Positions 1 through 10,827 of a DNA stretch of 64,000 nucleotides are shown one piece after another. Under the pieces are notes generated by a model, which ran no database searches, was not told the DNA's origin, and saw nothing but the letters and a program-made list of their open reading frames with translations. Origin of the DNA: a phage; the NCBI GenBank assembly GCA_011839185.1, contig GCA_011839185.1_3918.1, one strand, 5' to 3'. How positions within the stretch are numbered: position 1 is the first letter of the stretch; each line of letters opens with the position of its first letter. A program made the position numbers and the translations under genes.

Positions 1-140
1 AACCAGCTTCATCGCCACATGTAACTATTTTAAAAGATGCTTCATTCTCATACTGTGAAGCCATAAACTTTTTAAGCATCTCTTTAAGGAAGTCTGCATG
101 AGCATCTTGTAAGAAGATATCAATCATAGTTAATCACCTA

Positions 141-500
141 TTATGGGAACAAGCACTTAATGTCGTCGTTTTTGAAAACAAAACTCGTGTAGTTGTGACC
201 ATCAACATCCAACCAAACAGCCTGAACATCTACACCGTCAAGATTATGGTAAAGCTCTTTGATGAAGTGGTCTTTTACAATCTGACTGCTAGTGGTTTCC
301 AGCTTAATGTTCGAGATTGCTGAACCTACAGCCATGTAGCCCATGACACGTTTCTTCTCAGTGTGCTTAATCTTACCATCTTTGTAAGCCATAATGAGAT
401 TGGAAAGAATTTTTACACCGTAGTACTTTTCAAGGTGAGTAGGTGCACCATAAAAGCCTAATGCGAAGTTTTCAGAGTGGATAATGTTTTCACGTTTCAT
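141..500 (-). CDS. hypothetical protein (119 aa)
   Basis: Intact ORF in leftward gene block; no recognisable motif. Confidence 0.4.
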   Translation of the reverse strand: MKRENIIHSENFALGFYGAPTHLEKYYGVKILSNLIMAYKDGKIKHTEKKRVMGYMAVGSAISNIKLETTSSQIVKDHFIKELYHNLDGVDVQAVWLDVDGHNYTSFVFKNDDIKCLFP

Positions 501-501
501 A

Positions 502-801
502 TTAATCTGCCAACCTTAAATTGAAATTAACACCAAATTTTTCACACACTTCCAACATATACTCAAGAGAGACATTCCCAGTGAGGTGGATTATGTTGGA
601 TACACGAGCTTGAGAGATACCACAAATTTTAGCGACTTGTTCTTGAGAAAGACCTCTGGATTTAATCTCTCTCTTAAAACGATGTGCAACGAAGTCTCTC
701 ATTTCGTCTACATCCATTGGGCAAATATAACTCTCCATTTCAGCCTCTCTATCAGCCTCCCAATCATCTTGTGGAGCATAAGGGTCAAAAACCTCATTCA
801 T
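502..801 (-). CDS. putative helix-turn-helix (XRE/Cro-like) DNA-binding protein
   Basis: Segment LSQEQVAKICGISQARVSNI resembles an HTH; start moved to second Met (GGAAG-like RBS upstream). Confidence 0.45.
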   Translation of the reverse strand: MNEVFDPYAPQDDWEADREAEMESYICPMDVDEMRDFVAHRFKREIKSRGLSQEQVAKICGISQARVSNIIHLTGNVSLEYMLEVCEKFGVNFNLRLAD

Positions 802-1006
802 CTTTCTTCTTCCGTTTACGTGAAGTATCAATTAATGAGTCTATGTTTGTAGCTCTGACCTTTTCACGTTCATCATTAAGATAATCATCAAGAGCCTTTT
901 CAATCTGTGAATCATCTTGACAGATGACTGTAAAGACTGTAAAGCCGTCTGTATCATCAATTATCTTACCATAACCGCTTCTGGGATGTAACTTTTTAAG
1001 AGCCAT
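794..1006 (-). CDS. hypothetical protein (70 aa)
   Basis: ORF only; lysine-rich C-terminus. Confidence 0.3.
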   Translation of the reverse strand: MALKKLHPRSGYGKIIDDTDGFTVFTVICQDDSQIEKALDDYLNDEREKVRATNIDSLIDTSRKRKKKDE

Positions 1007-1007
1007 A

Positions 1008-1391
1008 TCAAATACCTGTGCAGCTTCTGTTTTCTAAGAAATACTCAACACCATACATAGCTTTTTGCATCAAATCTTCTTTAAACTGAATACGATGATT
1101 GAGCATAGCCTGTACATCAATATCATCAGGGTGCTTCTCTTTAATGTTTGCAGATTGCAGGAAATACTCTGCAAGAACACGATACTGATAGTCAGTTACC
1201 TTATCAGTCATCTCTGTTAAAGACTCTTCAGAGATTGGTTTAAGTAACTCACCATTAGTCAAAGCAACACCTTTAACAATCTGGCAAGTGTCTTTTGGAA
1301 CACCTGATAAGCCCACATTTGGAAGTTCTGTTGCATTGACTGGTAAGTTCATTACCATAACCATTGCAGCGGCTAATAAAATCTTTTTCAT
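1008..1391 (-). CDS. putative secreted/periplasmic protein
   Basis: N-terminal signal-peptide-like MKKILLAAAMVMVMNLPVNA. Confidence 0.45.
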   Translation of the reverse strand: MKKILLAAAMVMVMNLPVNATELPNVGLSGVPKDTCQIVKGVALTNGELLKPISEESLTEMTDKVTDYQYRVLAEYFLQSANIKEKHPDDIDVQAMLNHRIQFKEDLMQKAMYGVEYFLENRSCTGI

Positions 1392-1394
1392 AAT

Positions 1395-1915
1395 GACCTC
1401 AAAGTTATATTAAATTTTGTATTACATTGAGTATAAAAATAAGCTATAACACCTGACTTGTCAACAGATTTTATAGCTTATTTGGCAGATTTTTTATAAG
1501 GCTACTGCCATCCTTCCATACATCACCTTACCTTACCTCACCTAACCATACCTAACCAAACTACACCATACAATACCTTGTTAAAAGACCCTCTTAAAAG
1601 GCCTTTTAAAAAGGTAAGTCTCATTTTAATGTAGCTGAGACTAACTACCCATACATTACCTTACCATACCAGACCTCACCCTACCTTAACTTACCTTACT
1701 CTATCCTACCAAACACCACTTAAAAACCCTCTTAGAAGACTCTTAAGTGATGTAATCGGATTTTTATGTAGCTCCGATTAACTACCCATACCAAGCCTAA
1801 CCTGACCGCACCAAACCTTACAACACCACACCATACCTGACCATACCAAACCTCATTAAAAGACCCTCTTAAAGACCTTTTAAAAAGGAGCCTCCGAAGA
1901 GGCTACCTAGTCAAC
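1395..1915. repeat. G-depleted (plus strand) C/A/T-rich tandem blocks with a conserved hairpin unit
   Basis: About 70-nt stretches almost free of G (e.g. ccatccttccatacatcaccttaccttacctcacc) alternating with conserved aaaagaccctcttaaagacc...taagtctcattttaatgtagctgagacta units. Confidence 0.6.
1876..1904 (-). terminator. rho-independent terminator (minus strand)
   Basis: Hairpin AGCCTCTTCGGAGGCT followed by T-run on minus strand, just downstream of the 1916-2356 gene. Confidence 0.5.
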
Positions 1916-2356
1916 TTAGAAAGGTTTTCTACGTTGCTTGTTAATGTTAGCTTTCATAGCAGCTAAATGGTTTTGCTGTTCAATCAGTCGTGAGCGTTCT
2001 TGATGGCTAAGTGCCATAGTGTTCACATTCTCAATCGCTTGAGTGGCTTGCTTTAAAGCGCGACCAATCTTACCAGACATTTTACGTTTTGCAATAGTTG
2101 CTTGATGCTTAGGCTCAACCACACGATAACCAACACCCATTGAAGCAACCAGATAAATCTTCTCTTCTTTAAGAAGCTTCTCAATAAACTTCTCAAGTCG
2201 GTTTAGACGTGTAAGCGCATAAGCCTTCATTTCATCTTCGTACTTAACAATGTCACCTTGATAAGTTGGCTTCACAATACCTAAGAAGGTATCCATCTCA
2301 GAGTGTGATACAGTGTCACCGTAACTAAACTTTGCTGCTAATGCTTTCGTATTCAT
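1916..2356 (-). CDS. hypothetical protein (146 aa)
   Basis: ORF with good coding continuity; no motif recognised. Confidence 0.45.
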   Translation of the reverse strand: MNTKALAAKFSYGDTVSHSEMDTFLGIVKPTYQGDIVKYEDEMKAYALTRLNRLEKFIEKLLKEEKIYLVASMGVGYRVVEPKHQATIAKRKMSGKIGRALKQATQAIENVNTMALSHQERSRLIEQQNHLAAMKANINKQRRKPF

Positions 2357-2358
2357 AA

Positions 2359-3330
<972 letters not shown>

Positions 3331-3529
3331 TGGTTTATGATGCTCAGTATACTCACCAAATTTTCTATGTCAACAACTTTTATAAAAAAGTTCTGATAGC
3401 TATATGCGTCACGAAACAAAAGATTGTAAACAAGACACCTATTGCAAAAGATGTGTCCAAAAGCTTACTTGCAACGTATGACAATACAAAGACAACCAGT
3501 ATAAACAAAATGACTGTACTGAACATAGT

Positions 3530-4630
3530 TTACTCATAATCCCTAATAACTAGCCCGACAGGGAACTGTAAAGAACCCTTACGAGTCATCTTCTGGAACT
3601 GTACCGTTAAAGGCTTCCCGATAAACTCTTCAGGATGCTCAGCAAGATACTGTTTCTTCTCGTGTGTAGTTTTCCATGAAACATCTACAAAGACGTTAGG
3701 AAGAGTCTCTACAACGAACTTACCATGACCACGTTTATCAGTCTTTACACCAGTCACTTTAAACTCTTCAGTGTGCATCTTCTTGTGCTTAATCAAGAAG
3801 TATGAACGGTGACCACACTCATAGAATGAGTTTTCAGAGATTGAACGGTACATTGCACCTTCAAACTTAGCTTCAACCCACTTATCATGAGCTTCATCAA
3901 ACTCTTCCCAAGAGTTAACACGGCGAGACTTGACAGGAACAACTTTACAGCCATCTCTAAAGTCATTCAATGGTGAAGTCTCAATAATATCTCTACGCTC
4001 AGGCCACGTCTTAGTACTGTCACAGATATCGTACCAGTAGAACTGGAGTAGATGTCGGTCTGGATTGTCAGCATTCTTAATCATAGACACAATATCTTCT
4101 AAGTCCCAACCGTGAGCATAAATCTCACCATCAAAGTCTTCGACTTGTGGGTGCAATTTAAGCAACAAAAGCAAATCTGGGATTAGTTCTGCTGGGACGT
4201 TGTAAACAGTATTCTCACGAGAGTAAGCCGTGAAACTAACTGAGTCATTATTTCTTGAAATTCTACAACGGACACCATCAAGTTTTGGTTGAGCATCAGC
4301 AGGAAATATCAAATACTTTGCATGACTAACCTTTGCAGCATCATGAGCAAGCTGTACACCTACCTTCTCAGTATTCTGTGCAGACTCTTTCGTGTAAGCA
4401 TAACCTTTACGGTCAACTTGCTTTTTATACTTAGCAGCAACTTCAAAGAGAGCTTGCTGTTCAGCGTTACGCTCATTCTTTTTACCGATGTTTTTAGGTT
4501 CTGCTGTATACTCTTCAAACATCATCTTGCCATTTTCTTTACCATACGTGGTAACAACTTTGTCACCTACAGCAACACATGACCAGACGTTGAAGGAGCC
4601 ATCTTTATTTTGTTTGTACAGAATTGTCAT
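3530..4630 (-). CDS. ATP-dependent DNA ligase
   Basis: Nucleotidyltransferase motif I KLDGVRC (KxDGxR); start set at second Met with GAGGT RBS. Confidence 0.7.
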   Translation of the reverse strand: MTILYKQNKDGSFNVWSCVAVGDKVVTTYGKENGKMMFEEYTAEPKNIGKKNERNAEQQALFEVAAKYKKQVDRKGYAYTKESAQNTEKVGVQLAHDAAKVSHAKYLIFPADAQPKLDGVRCRISRNNDSVSFTAYSRENTVYNVPAELIPDLLLLLKLHPQVEDFDGEIYAHGWDLEDIVSMIKNADNPDRHLLQFYWYDICDSTKTWPERRDIIETSPLNDFRDGCKVVPVKSRRVNSWEEFDEAHDKWVEAKFEGAMYRSISENSFYECGHRSYFLIKHKKMHTEEFKVTGVKTDKRGHGKFVVETLPNVFVDVSWKTTHEKKQYLAEHPEEFIGKPLTVQFQKMTRKGSLQFPVGLVIRDYE

Positions 4631-4835
4631 TTTTAACCTCTGAATGATACCAAGTATAACAAGCATTACATGCGTAAAGCTCTAAGTCATTTTTATCTGG
4701 TTTATGGAAACAGTTTGACCCACAACGACACCGGAATAGCTTACCATCAACACGAAGAATGAATGTTTCAAGCTCACCCTCTTCTGTAAGGACGGCGTTA
4801 TTATATTTGTTATCTTTATCCATTTGTACTCTCAC
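4605..4835 (-). CDS. small zinc-ribbon-like protein
   Basis: CRCGSNC ... CNAC cysteine pairs. Confidence 0.35.
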   Translation of the reverse strand: MRVQMDKDNKYNNAVLTEEGELETFILRVDGKLFRCRCGSNCFHKPDKNDLELYACNACYTWYHSEVKNDNSVQTK

Positions 4836-4979
4836 CTGTGTCAGATTTCATATAAGACCTGTCGCTAAACCTTTTAATGAAATGTACAACGCATTTCGGT
4901 GTATCTTTTACATCTTTGATGTGCAACCTTTCGAAACTGCGCACTGTGAAGGTTGCATCTGTCATTGTTTGCTTAGGTT

Positions 4980-5237
4980 TCATTTTCTCTTACCACCAAT
5001 CTCTACGTCGATAACTTGAACATCACCAGCAACATCAAACTTATGAATGATGCTCTCAACAGTATAAGTCCAACCATCAATGCGAACCAACTCACCTTCT
5101 CGTGGGACGATTGGATTACGTTGAGCTATTGTTGTAGTGGAGTGAACAACATCATAACGATAGGTATAGTTTACTAATACTTCCATCGTGAAAACCTCAC
5201 TCAATAACCGTAGTGTGTGATTGTCCATTTTTGCCAT
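4980..5237 (-). CDS. hypothetical protein (85 aa)
   Basis: ORF only. Confidence 0.35.
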   Translation of the reverse strand: MAKMDNHTLRLLSEVFTMEVLVNYTYRYDVVHSTTTIAQRNPIVPREGELVRIDGWTYTVESIIHKFDVAGDVQVIDVEIGGKRK

Positions 5238-5454
5238 AGTTGTAAGATGTTGTTGTTTGAGAATTTGGACATCTTACAACAACAATATCTCTGCTTATAG
5301 CATCACCATTGAGTTTGTAGATTTTGCAGTCTTGCATCTCTGGAGGGAGGCTGTAAGAAGCATCTTTGTTTTCATAAGATGGGTTGCATCCAGCCAGAAA
5401 AATTACTCCAAGTGCAACCATTGCTTTCACACAACTCTTAACCTTATTGTTCAC
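5197..5454 (-). CDS. putative lipoprotein
   Basis: Signal sequence with lipobox VIFLAGC followed by polar mature region. Confidence 0.45.
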   Translation of the reverse strand: MNNKVKSCVKAMVALGVIFLAGCNPSYENKDASYSLPPEMQDCKIYKLNGDAISRDIVVVRCPNSQTTTSYNYGKNGQSHTTVIE

Positions 5455-5586
5455 GATAGTCTACCTCTCTGTATGTTTTTAAATAGTGAGTGATGAGTTC
5501 TGGTAATTCACTACGTTTAACGTTTGAACGAAGAAGTGTCCAGTCAAAACCTTTACCAACCCTTCCCCAGAGACTGTACAGTTTCT

Positions 5587-5820
5587 TCATATCAACTCCA
5601 GAATATCAATACGTTCACCCTTAAGGACTCCTGTACGGTCTCTTGCAATCTTACCGTCAACGATAAGGATATGCGCGACCTTTAAAGCCTCACGATTAAA
5701 ACCTTTTAAGAACTTGCTAGGCATCACGACAATGGACATCTCCTGAATCAACTCTGGAGTATAGCAATTGTCATGAAGTTGCTGAATAACGTCTGCAAGT
5801 GTCATTTTTGGTGTCTCCAA
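5587..5820 (-). CDS. hypothetical protein (77 aa)
   Basis: ORF only. Confidence 0.35.
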   Translation of the reverse strand: METPKMTLADVIQQLHDNCYTPELIQEMSIVVMPSKFLKGFNREALKVAHILIVDGKIARDRTGVLKGERIDILELI

Positions 5821-6011
5821 TACTCAATGTCAATAAGTTCTTGTGCAATGCTTTTCAGATTACCTTTCAAGAAAACCTTCTCAGAACCTGAAAGAGATGA
5901 ATTGTCAATTAACCTGTTCATTCTCTCAAACAACTTCTGCTTACGGTTCTTGATAGTTTCCTTTGAAGCACCTTTCATCATTGCTGCATGGGTTCTTCCA
6001 CGGTGACTCAT
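5802..6011 (-). CDS. hypothetical basic protein (69 aa)
   Basis: ORF only. Confidence 0.3.
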   Translation of the reverse strand: MSHRGRTHAAMMKGASKETIKNRKQKLFERMNRLIDNSSLSGSEKVFLKGNLKSIAQELIDIEYWRHQK

Positions 6012-6062
6012 AAGCCCTCCTATACAAGATGTAGTATAAGGTACTCTTCCCTGAGCACCTTG

Positions 6063-6614
6063 TCAACTTAGTTTTGCAAACTCTCCGTGGAGTTTAATAG
6101 CAGCTTCACAGTAAGCTTTATGGGCTTCTTCTGGTGTGTCAAACATACCAAGATGATAGTTTTTACCTTGTAAACGTATCATTGCTCGAAACCTTTTACT
6201 TATCTTCTGTACACCTTTTGGCAACCCAGATGGGGACTCTCTTGACCGATTGCAAGAGTTTTGTGAAGCTGTACAAACCCTTAAATTCAAGTACCTATTG
6301 TCCCAACCGTCCCCATTCTTATGGTCAACCTGTAAGGTTTTATCAGGTAGATATCCATCCATATACAAGATAACTAAACGATTTGCTTGGTAACCCCTTC
6401 CATCAATCAGCAACTGAACTGACTTGTGTCCATCAGTATTTGTTCTGTAGTTTCCAGCCCTCTTACCTCCAAATCTAGAGTTAAAGTTTGCATTACCTTC
6501 TCTAAACTTCCAAGTAAAGACCCCTGTTTCGGGGTCGTAGTCCAATAGCTCCTTAAGACGAATTTCTGTAATCATTTCAACACCATCAATGTACTTCCAA
6601 CCAGCTCTTACCAA
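6063..6614 (-). mobile_element. HNH homing endonuclease with AP2-like DNA-binding domain
   Basis: HNH motif LQVDHKNGDGWDNRYLNLRVCTASQNSCN; C-terminal EEAHKAYCEAAIKLHGEFAKL (AP2-like); sits immediately 3' of the DNA polymerase gene. Confidence 0.65.
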
Positions 6615-9285
6615 CCTTACCTGTGCCAGTTACAAGCGTCTCACTCTTCAAACCTAAATTCTTAGATGCCTGACCATACATCCAGTCAGTTATGGCTTTA
6701 ACTTCTTGAGTCATACTTTCTGGGCATTCCCAACTGTTTTCATCGTGGTATGCCAGCAAAAGCCTAGCACCAATTGCTGGTTTTCGTCCATTTAATTTTG
6801 TCAATCCTTCTTCACATGCTCTTCTACAAGCAAGGTTAATTGCCTCATTTTGAATCTGAGCCTCTGAACCCATGAGCAAATAATTCAATAACTTATGTGG
6901 AGATTTACACCACAACCAAGCTCCAGCAACCTTTACAAAACCCCCTTTAGAGATTGCAGCAGTCTTACCAAACACCTCTTCAAGTGCCTTTTTAGTTGCT
7001 TTGTAGTCAGCTTCCAAGTCATCTAGCAGCTTCTTAATTTTAGGCAAACGAATAAAGTAAGTCTGTTTAGTCAGCGCACCTTCCTGAGTAGTTGCAGCTT
7101 TAATCGTCTTAGCAAACTTTTCATCACCTGCACCGAACAGTAGTGCATAGATACCATTCTTAGCTTTCTTACGACCTTTGCTAATCTCATGAAGAAGATT
7201 CTCATCCTGAGTAGCTCGACAAGTCAAGATATCCTGCTCATCATTCAAGCTAAAGTAAATACTGTTCAGTGTATGTGCATCAGTCCCTGAATAGACAACG
7301 TACAGGTCATTCTCAGAGTCATAGCGAAGGTACTTATCAATCTCTGGGTTTAGGTACTCATCAAAATGTTTGCAGTAATAGCGTCCATCTTCTTGACGAA
7401 TAAACTCAATCTCTTCTTTACCTTGCGTTACCGCTTTGGTGAAGTCTTTGTCACCCATAAAGTTACAAAGGAGAACTAGCTGGGCTGAGTTCATGTCTAC
7501 AGAGACAACATTAGTACCTTCTTCACAAATCCACACTGCCCTCATTGGTTCCCCATAGACAGCAGCACCAGACGGTACGTTTACAATACCATATTGTGTC
7601 ATACGTCCAGTTGAAGTACCAAATACCATTGCACCAGCACTAAGGCGACCATCTGGACGAATCTGGTTCAGCCAACCTTTCTCGTCATCCTTTGAGTTCT
7701 CAATAGTTCTGCGTCTGTGCATCAAAGTGTAGTACTTAGCAATCTTCTGTCCAAGCTCACCTTCAATCGTATCATAAGATGATTCAGTAAGTTTTGGTGA
7801 AGTACGGATTAAGCAAGGTTCAAGCAAATCTGTGTATTTCTTCACGGACCAGTTATGCTCAATGTACTGAACACCTTCATGTTCAACATAACTCAAACCA
7901 CACCGCTCAACCATTTCCTGCCACTTAGGATGTTTTGTAATCATCTTTTTATTGTCTTTGAAACGACAAACTTTGACAGGGCGACCATCTGAGTCTTTCT
8001 TGTAGTTCCAGTCATCTGGAATCCAACCAACTGATTTCAAGTAGTCTTTAACAACTGCTACCTGAGTCATGCGAGAAACTTCGAACTCAATTGGTGTATA
8101 TGGTGCATCAATCAAACCTGTGTAGCGACTTGACTCAAGTTCAAAGTGGTTAACAACGTGACTGTTATAGTACTTCACAGTTTTGACTGTTTTCACTGGC
8201 TTCCAGTCTTTGCATTTCTTACCAATCTTTGCATTCAACTCATTGCAAATTGCACGAGCATCCTTCATTGCTACAAAGCCTTCCTTGTACTCTTCACCAG
8301 TTACAGAGTTGGTTGGGGTGTAGCAATTTCTCTTTTCAATGTTAAAAATCTTTGTAGTTGGCTTACCAAATGGCTTGATTTCGTATGTCTGCATCTCACC
8401 GTTACGTACCTGCTGACGGTACTTTGTCTTAGGGTACTTGGTAATTCTCTTCAGTCCATCTGCATGACCGAATGCTTCAACATACTCATTCCAAGCTTTT
8501 GCAAACTCTTCTCCAGTGACTTTACCTTTGGTCTTAATAGTTGGAGGTAGATGTGGTTCAACCTCTGAAGCAAGCTCATTAGTCAACTTGTCAAGCTCCT
8601 TTACATGGAACTCCATAAGCTCCTTATCAGCTTTCCAACCATTGATAGCTTGTTGACTCATCCAGAAAGATGTTTCTTTAGCTCGCATATAGGTTTCATA
8701 AGTATCTATGCCACACTTCTTAAGCTTGAGATACTCATTATCAAGTGCCCGTTTAGTTTTGGCGTTAATACGGATATCTTCTACAACACGAGTGAAGATT
8801 TCTGCATTCCACACACCCCAATGTTCAATCTCTGGTTTACGAACACCAACACGAGCACCCCATGCAGCCAAGCCATGAGCACCTTTATAGCCTTTTGGAG
8901 TTGGCCTATCCATCCACTGAACACGAGACTGAATAAGAGAATCCTGAAAGAAATTACTCCACGGCTTACATTTTGGATTATCAAAGTTCCATAAATCCGG
9001 TGCAATGTGATTGAAAACCCACCAGTCATAACCGAGGCCATTATGGATACAAAGTCGTTTTGCCTTTAACGCAAACTCAACACCTTCACGTAAACCACCC
9101 TTAATGTACTTAGTGTACTTGTGACCGAGGATAGGCTCATCTGTAAAGACCCATACAGGTGGCTCTTCATCGTCAGATTTATAGTCTGCAAAAGCCATTA
9201 CGTGAACTTTAGTGAACTCAAGGAGTAAACCATCAGTTTCTGTATCACCAACTAAATGTAAGTTTTTAAAATCTACGTTTTCCAT
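6586..9285 (-). CDS. DNA polymerase, family A, with 3'-5' exonuclease domain
   Basis: Exo motif VGDTETDG; pol motifs resembling A (VSVDMNSAQL), B (RKKAKNGIYALLFGAG) and C (YHDENS); start set at MENVDF with GGGAG RBS. Confidence 0.9.
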   Translation of the reverse strand: MENVDFKNLHLVGDTETDGLLLEFTKVHVMAFADYKSDDEEPPVWVFTDEPILGHKYTKYIKGGLREGVEFALKAKRLCIHNGLGYDWWVFNHIAPDLWNFDNPKCKPWSNFFQDSLIQSRVQWMDRPTPKGYKGAHGLAAWGARVGVRKPEIEHWGVWNAEIFTRVVEDIRINAKTKRALDNEYLKLKKCGIDTYETYMRAKETSFWMSQQAINGWKADKELMEFHVKELDKLTNELASEVEPHLPPTIKTKGKVTGEEFAKAWNEYVEAFGHADGLKRITKYPKTKYRQQVRNGEMQTYEIKPFGKPTTKIFNIEKRNCYTPTNSVTGEEYKEGFVAMKDARAICNELNAKIGKKCKDWKPVKTVKTVKYYNSHVVNHFELESSRYTGLIDAPYTPIEFEVSRMTQVAVVKDYLKSVGWIPDDWNYKKDSDGRPVKVCRFKDNKKMITKHPKWQEMVERCGLSYVEHEGVQYIEHNWSVKKYTDLLEPCLIRTSPKLTESSYDTIEGELGQKIAKYYTLMHRRRTIENSKDDEKGWLNQIRPDGRLSAGAMVFGTSTGRMTQYGIVNVPSGAAVYGEPMRAVWICEEGTNVVSVDMNSAQLVLLCNFMGDKDFTKAVTQGKEEIEFIRQEDGRYYCKHFDEYLNPEIDKYLRYDSENDLYVVYSGTDAHTLNSIYFSLNDEQDILTCRATQDENLLHEISKGRKKAKNGIYALLFGAGDEKFAKTIKAATTQEGALTKQTYFIRLPKIKKLLDDLEADYKATKKALEEVFGKTAAISKGGFVKVAGAWLWCKSPHKLLNYLLMGSEAQIQNEAINLACRRACEEGLTKLNGRKPAIGARLLLAYHDENSWECPESMTQEVKAITDWMYGQASKNLGLKSETLVTGTGKVGKSWLEVH

Positions 9286-9345
9286 TTTTACTCCCTCTAA
9301 AAGCATTAACCTCATACATTACTGCAAAAAATTATAAAAAGCAAG

Positions 9346-9374
9346 TTGACAATGTACTTGACAAGGTGTTAATC
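9346..9374 (+). promoter_or_regulatory. sigma70-like promoter candidate
   Basis: TTGACA, 17-nt spacer, TTAATC; in divergent intergenic region before rightward block. Confidence 0.35.
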
Positions 9375-9542
9375 TTTGCGAAGTGGGTTTTTACTTAAAA
9401 GGTTACTTAACAGTTTAACTATACAGATACTTTAAAACTCTTAAAAGATTATTTAATAGCTTTTAAAAAGCTTTAAAGTATAACGTATAGAATACGTTAA
9501 GATAAAAGATTAAAACTTAATAGTTACTTAAAAGAGGCTTAC

Positions 9543-9965
9543 ATGCAGAAAATGTTTGTTCACCCAGACATAGCTGACTTTGTTAGAGCTTTGCAGAAGT
9601 TGGAAGAACTTGACATTGCTGCTCAACGGGAATATGCTCACCATCACAGGAGAATGGTCGATATACAACATGAAATAGAGTTGTCTGAAAACTATGAAGA
9701 TGACTTAAAATGCTCTGTGTTTGAGCATATGAAAGATGTTGCTACAGCGAGACGTAAAGCTAAAGACACAGTTGCTTTACTAGATTCTCTTAAAAAGAGG
9801 TTGCAAAGTGGTACAGACCTGTGTAATCTAGCATCACTGATTAACGATGTTGAAACTTCTTGGGATAGGCACTATTATCCACGTTCTGAAAAGACACTTG
9901 ACTTTTCTTCATCTGAAAACTTAAAATGTTCTAGAAAGAAACTTAACCAACTGAGAGAGAAATAA
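9543..9965 (+). CDS. hypothetical protein (140 aa)
   Basis: First ORF of rightward block. Confidence 0.45.
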   Translation: MQKMFVHPDIADFVRALQKLEELDIAAQREYAHHHRRMVDIQHEIELSENYEDDLKCSVFEHMKDVATARRKAKDTVALLDSLKKRLQSGTDLCNLASLINDVETSWDRHYYPRSEKTLDFSSSENLKCSRKKLNQLREK

Positions 9966-9966
9966 T

Positions 9967-10776
9967 ATGAATATCGATGTAGAAAAGATGCTTGAAGAAA
10001 AAGGTATTGACGAAGCATTTTTAATCAATGCCGTAGAAAGCATGGCTATGATTCTTCGTGGTAATAACTACACAGAACAGTTTATGCCTGCAAGCTATAA
10101 CCTACCTAAAGACAAGTCTGATAACGGTGCTTTTGCAGAACAGGTTAATATGATGTTGACAGACACTACACTTGCTCTGGCATCTATTGCAGTTGGTGTT
10201 GATGCGCTTGCTGAGTTCATTTTTTATGAAATGCAAAAGAATGACTATATCAGAATGTCAGATGAAGATAAGGAACTGTTGCTGACTAAGGACACTGATT
10301 TCATTATTGATACGCTTATCTCATCAACGAGTGCTGTTATGGCTGTTCTTGAGAAGCGCATGGAAGAGAAACTTTCACGATATGAAAAACTTGATTGGGG
10401 CGTCGAAGAATTAAACCCACGAATCAAAGAGATTATCCAGCAAACTAAGGATTCTTTGGAAGAAGCTGTTGAAAATGACTCTGTAGCTGATATAGAACCA
10501 CTTCAGGTGAAAGTTGCACTGATGATTCCAGCTATATCTACGATGATGAATATCGTTGCACTAATCCAACTTTCACAGATGATGGGTGTGAGTATTGAGT
10601 TCATTGAAGAGATGACTGGCGGAGTCAGTATGCAAGCAATCAATGATGTTTTGGTGAACATTGGTGCTTCCATCATTGAAGAGAAACTACGCATTAACTT
10701 CGGTGATGCTTTTGTGAAGCAACTTTCAGCTATGGCTGAAAAGAGTCTGCTGAGCAACTACACTAAGTCTTTATAA
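9967..10776 (+). CDS. hypothetical protein (269 aa)
   Basis: ORF; no motif recognised. Confidence 0.45.
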   Translation: MNIDVEKMLEEKGIDEAFLINAVESMAMILRGNNYTEQFMPASYNLPKDKSDNGAFAEQVNMMLTDTTLALASIAVGVDALAEFIFYEMQKNDYIRMSDEDKELLLTKDTDFIIDTLISSTSAVMAVLEKRMEEKLSRYEKLDWGVEELNPRIKEIIQQTKDSLEEAVENDSVADIEPLQVKVALMIPAISTMMNIVALIQLSQMMGVSIEFIEEMTGGVSMQAINDVLVNIGASIIEEKLRINFGDAFVKQLSAMAEKSLLSNYTKSL

Positions 10777-10783
10777 ATCTTAC

Positions 10784-10810
10784 AAGCCTCCTTAGTTGGG
10801 GGCTTTTTAG
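10784..10810 (+). terminator. terminator-like hairpin plus T-run
   Basis: AGCCTCC..GGGGGCT followed by TTTTT. Confidence 0.4.
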
Positions 10811-10827
10811 TAATTAATGGAGATAAA

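Noticed and set aside
8146-8994. Plus-strand ORFs (134 aa, 129 aa) inside the DNA polymerase gene
   Set aside because: Lie antisense within a well-supported 900-codon gene whose polymerase motifs are continuous; hydrophobic, low-complexity translations typical of shadow ORFs
6586-9285. Intein or intron interrupting the DNA polymerase (suggested by the adjacent HNH gene)
   Set aside because: Polymerase motifs A, B and C appear in normal order and spacing in a single uninterrupted frame; the HNH gene is free-standing downstream of the polymerase stop
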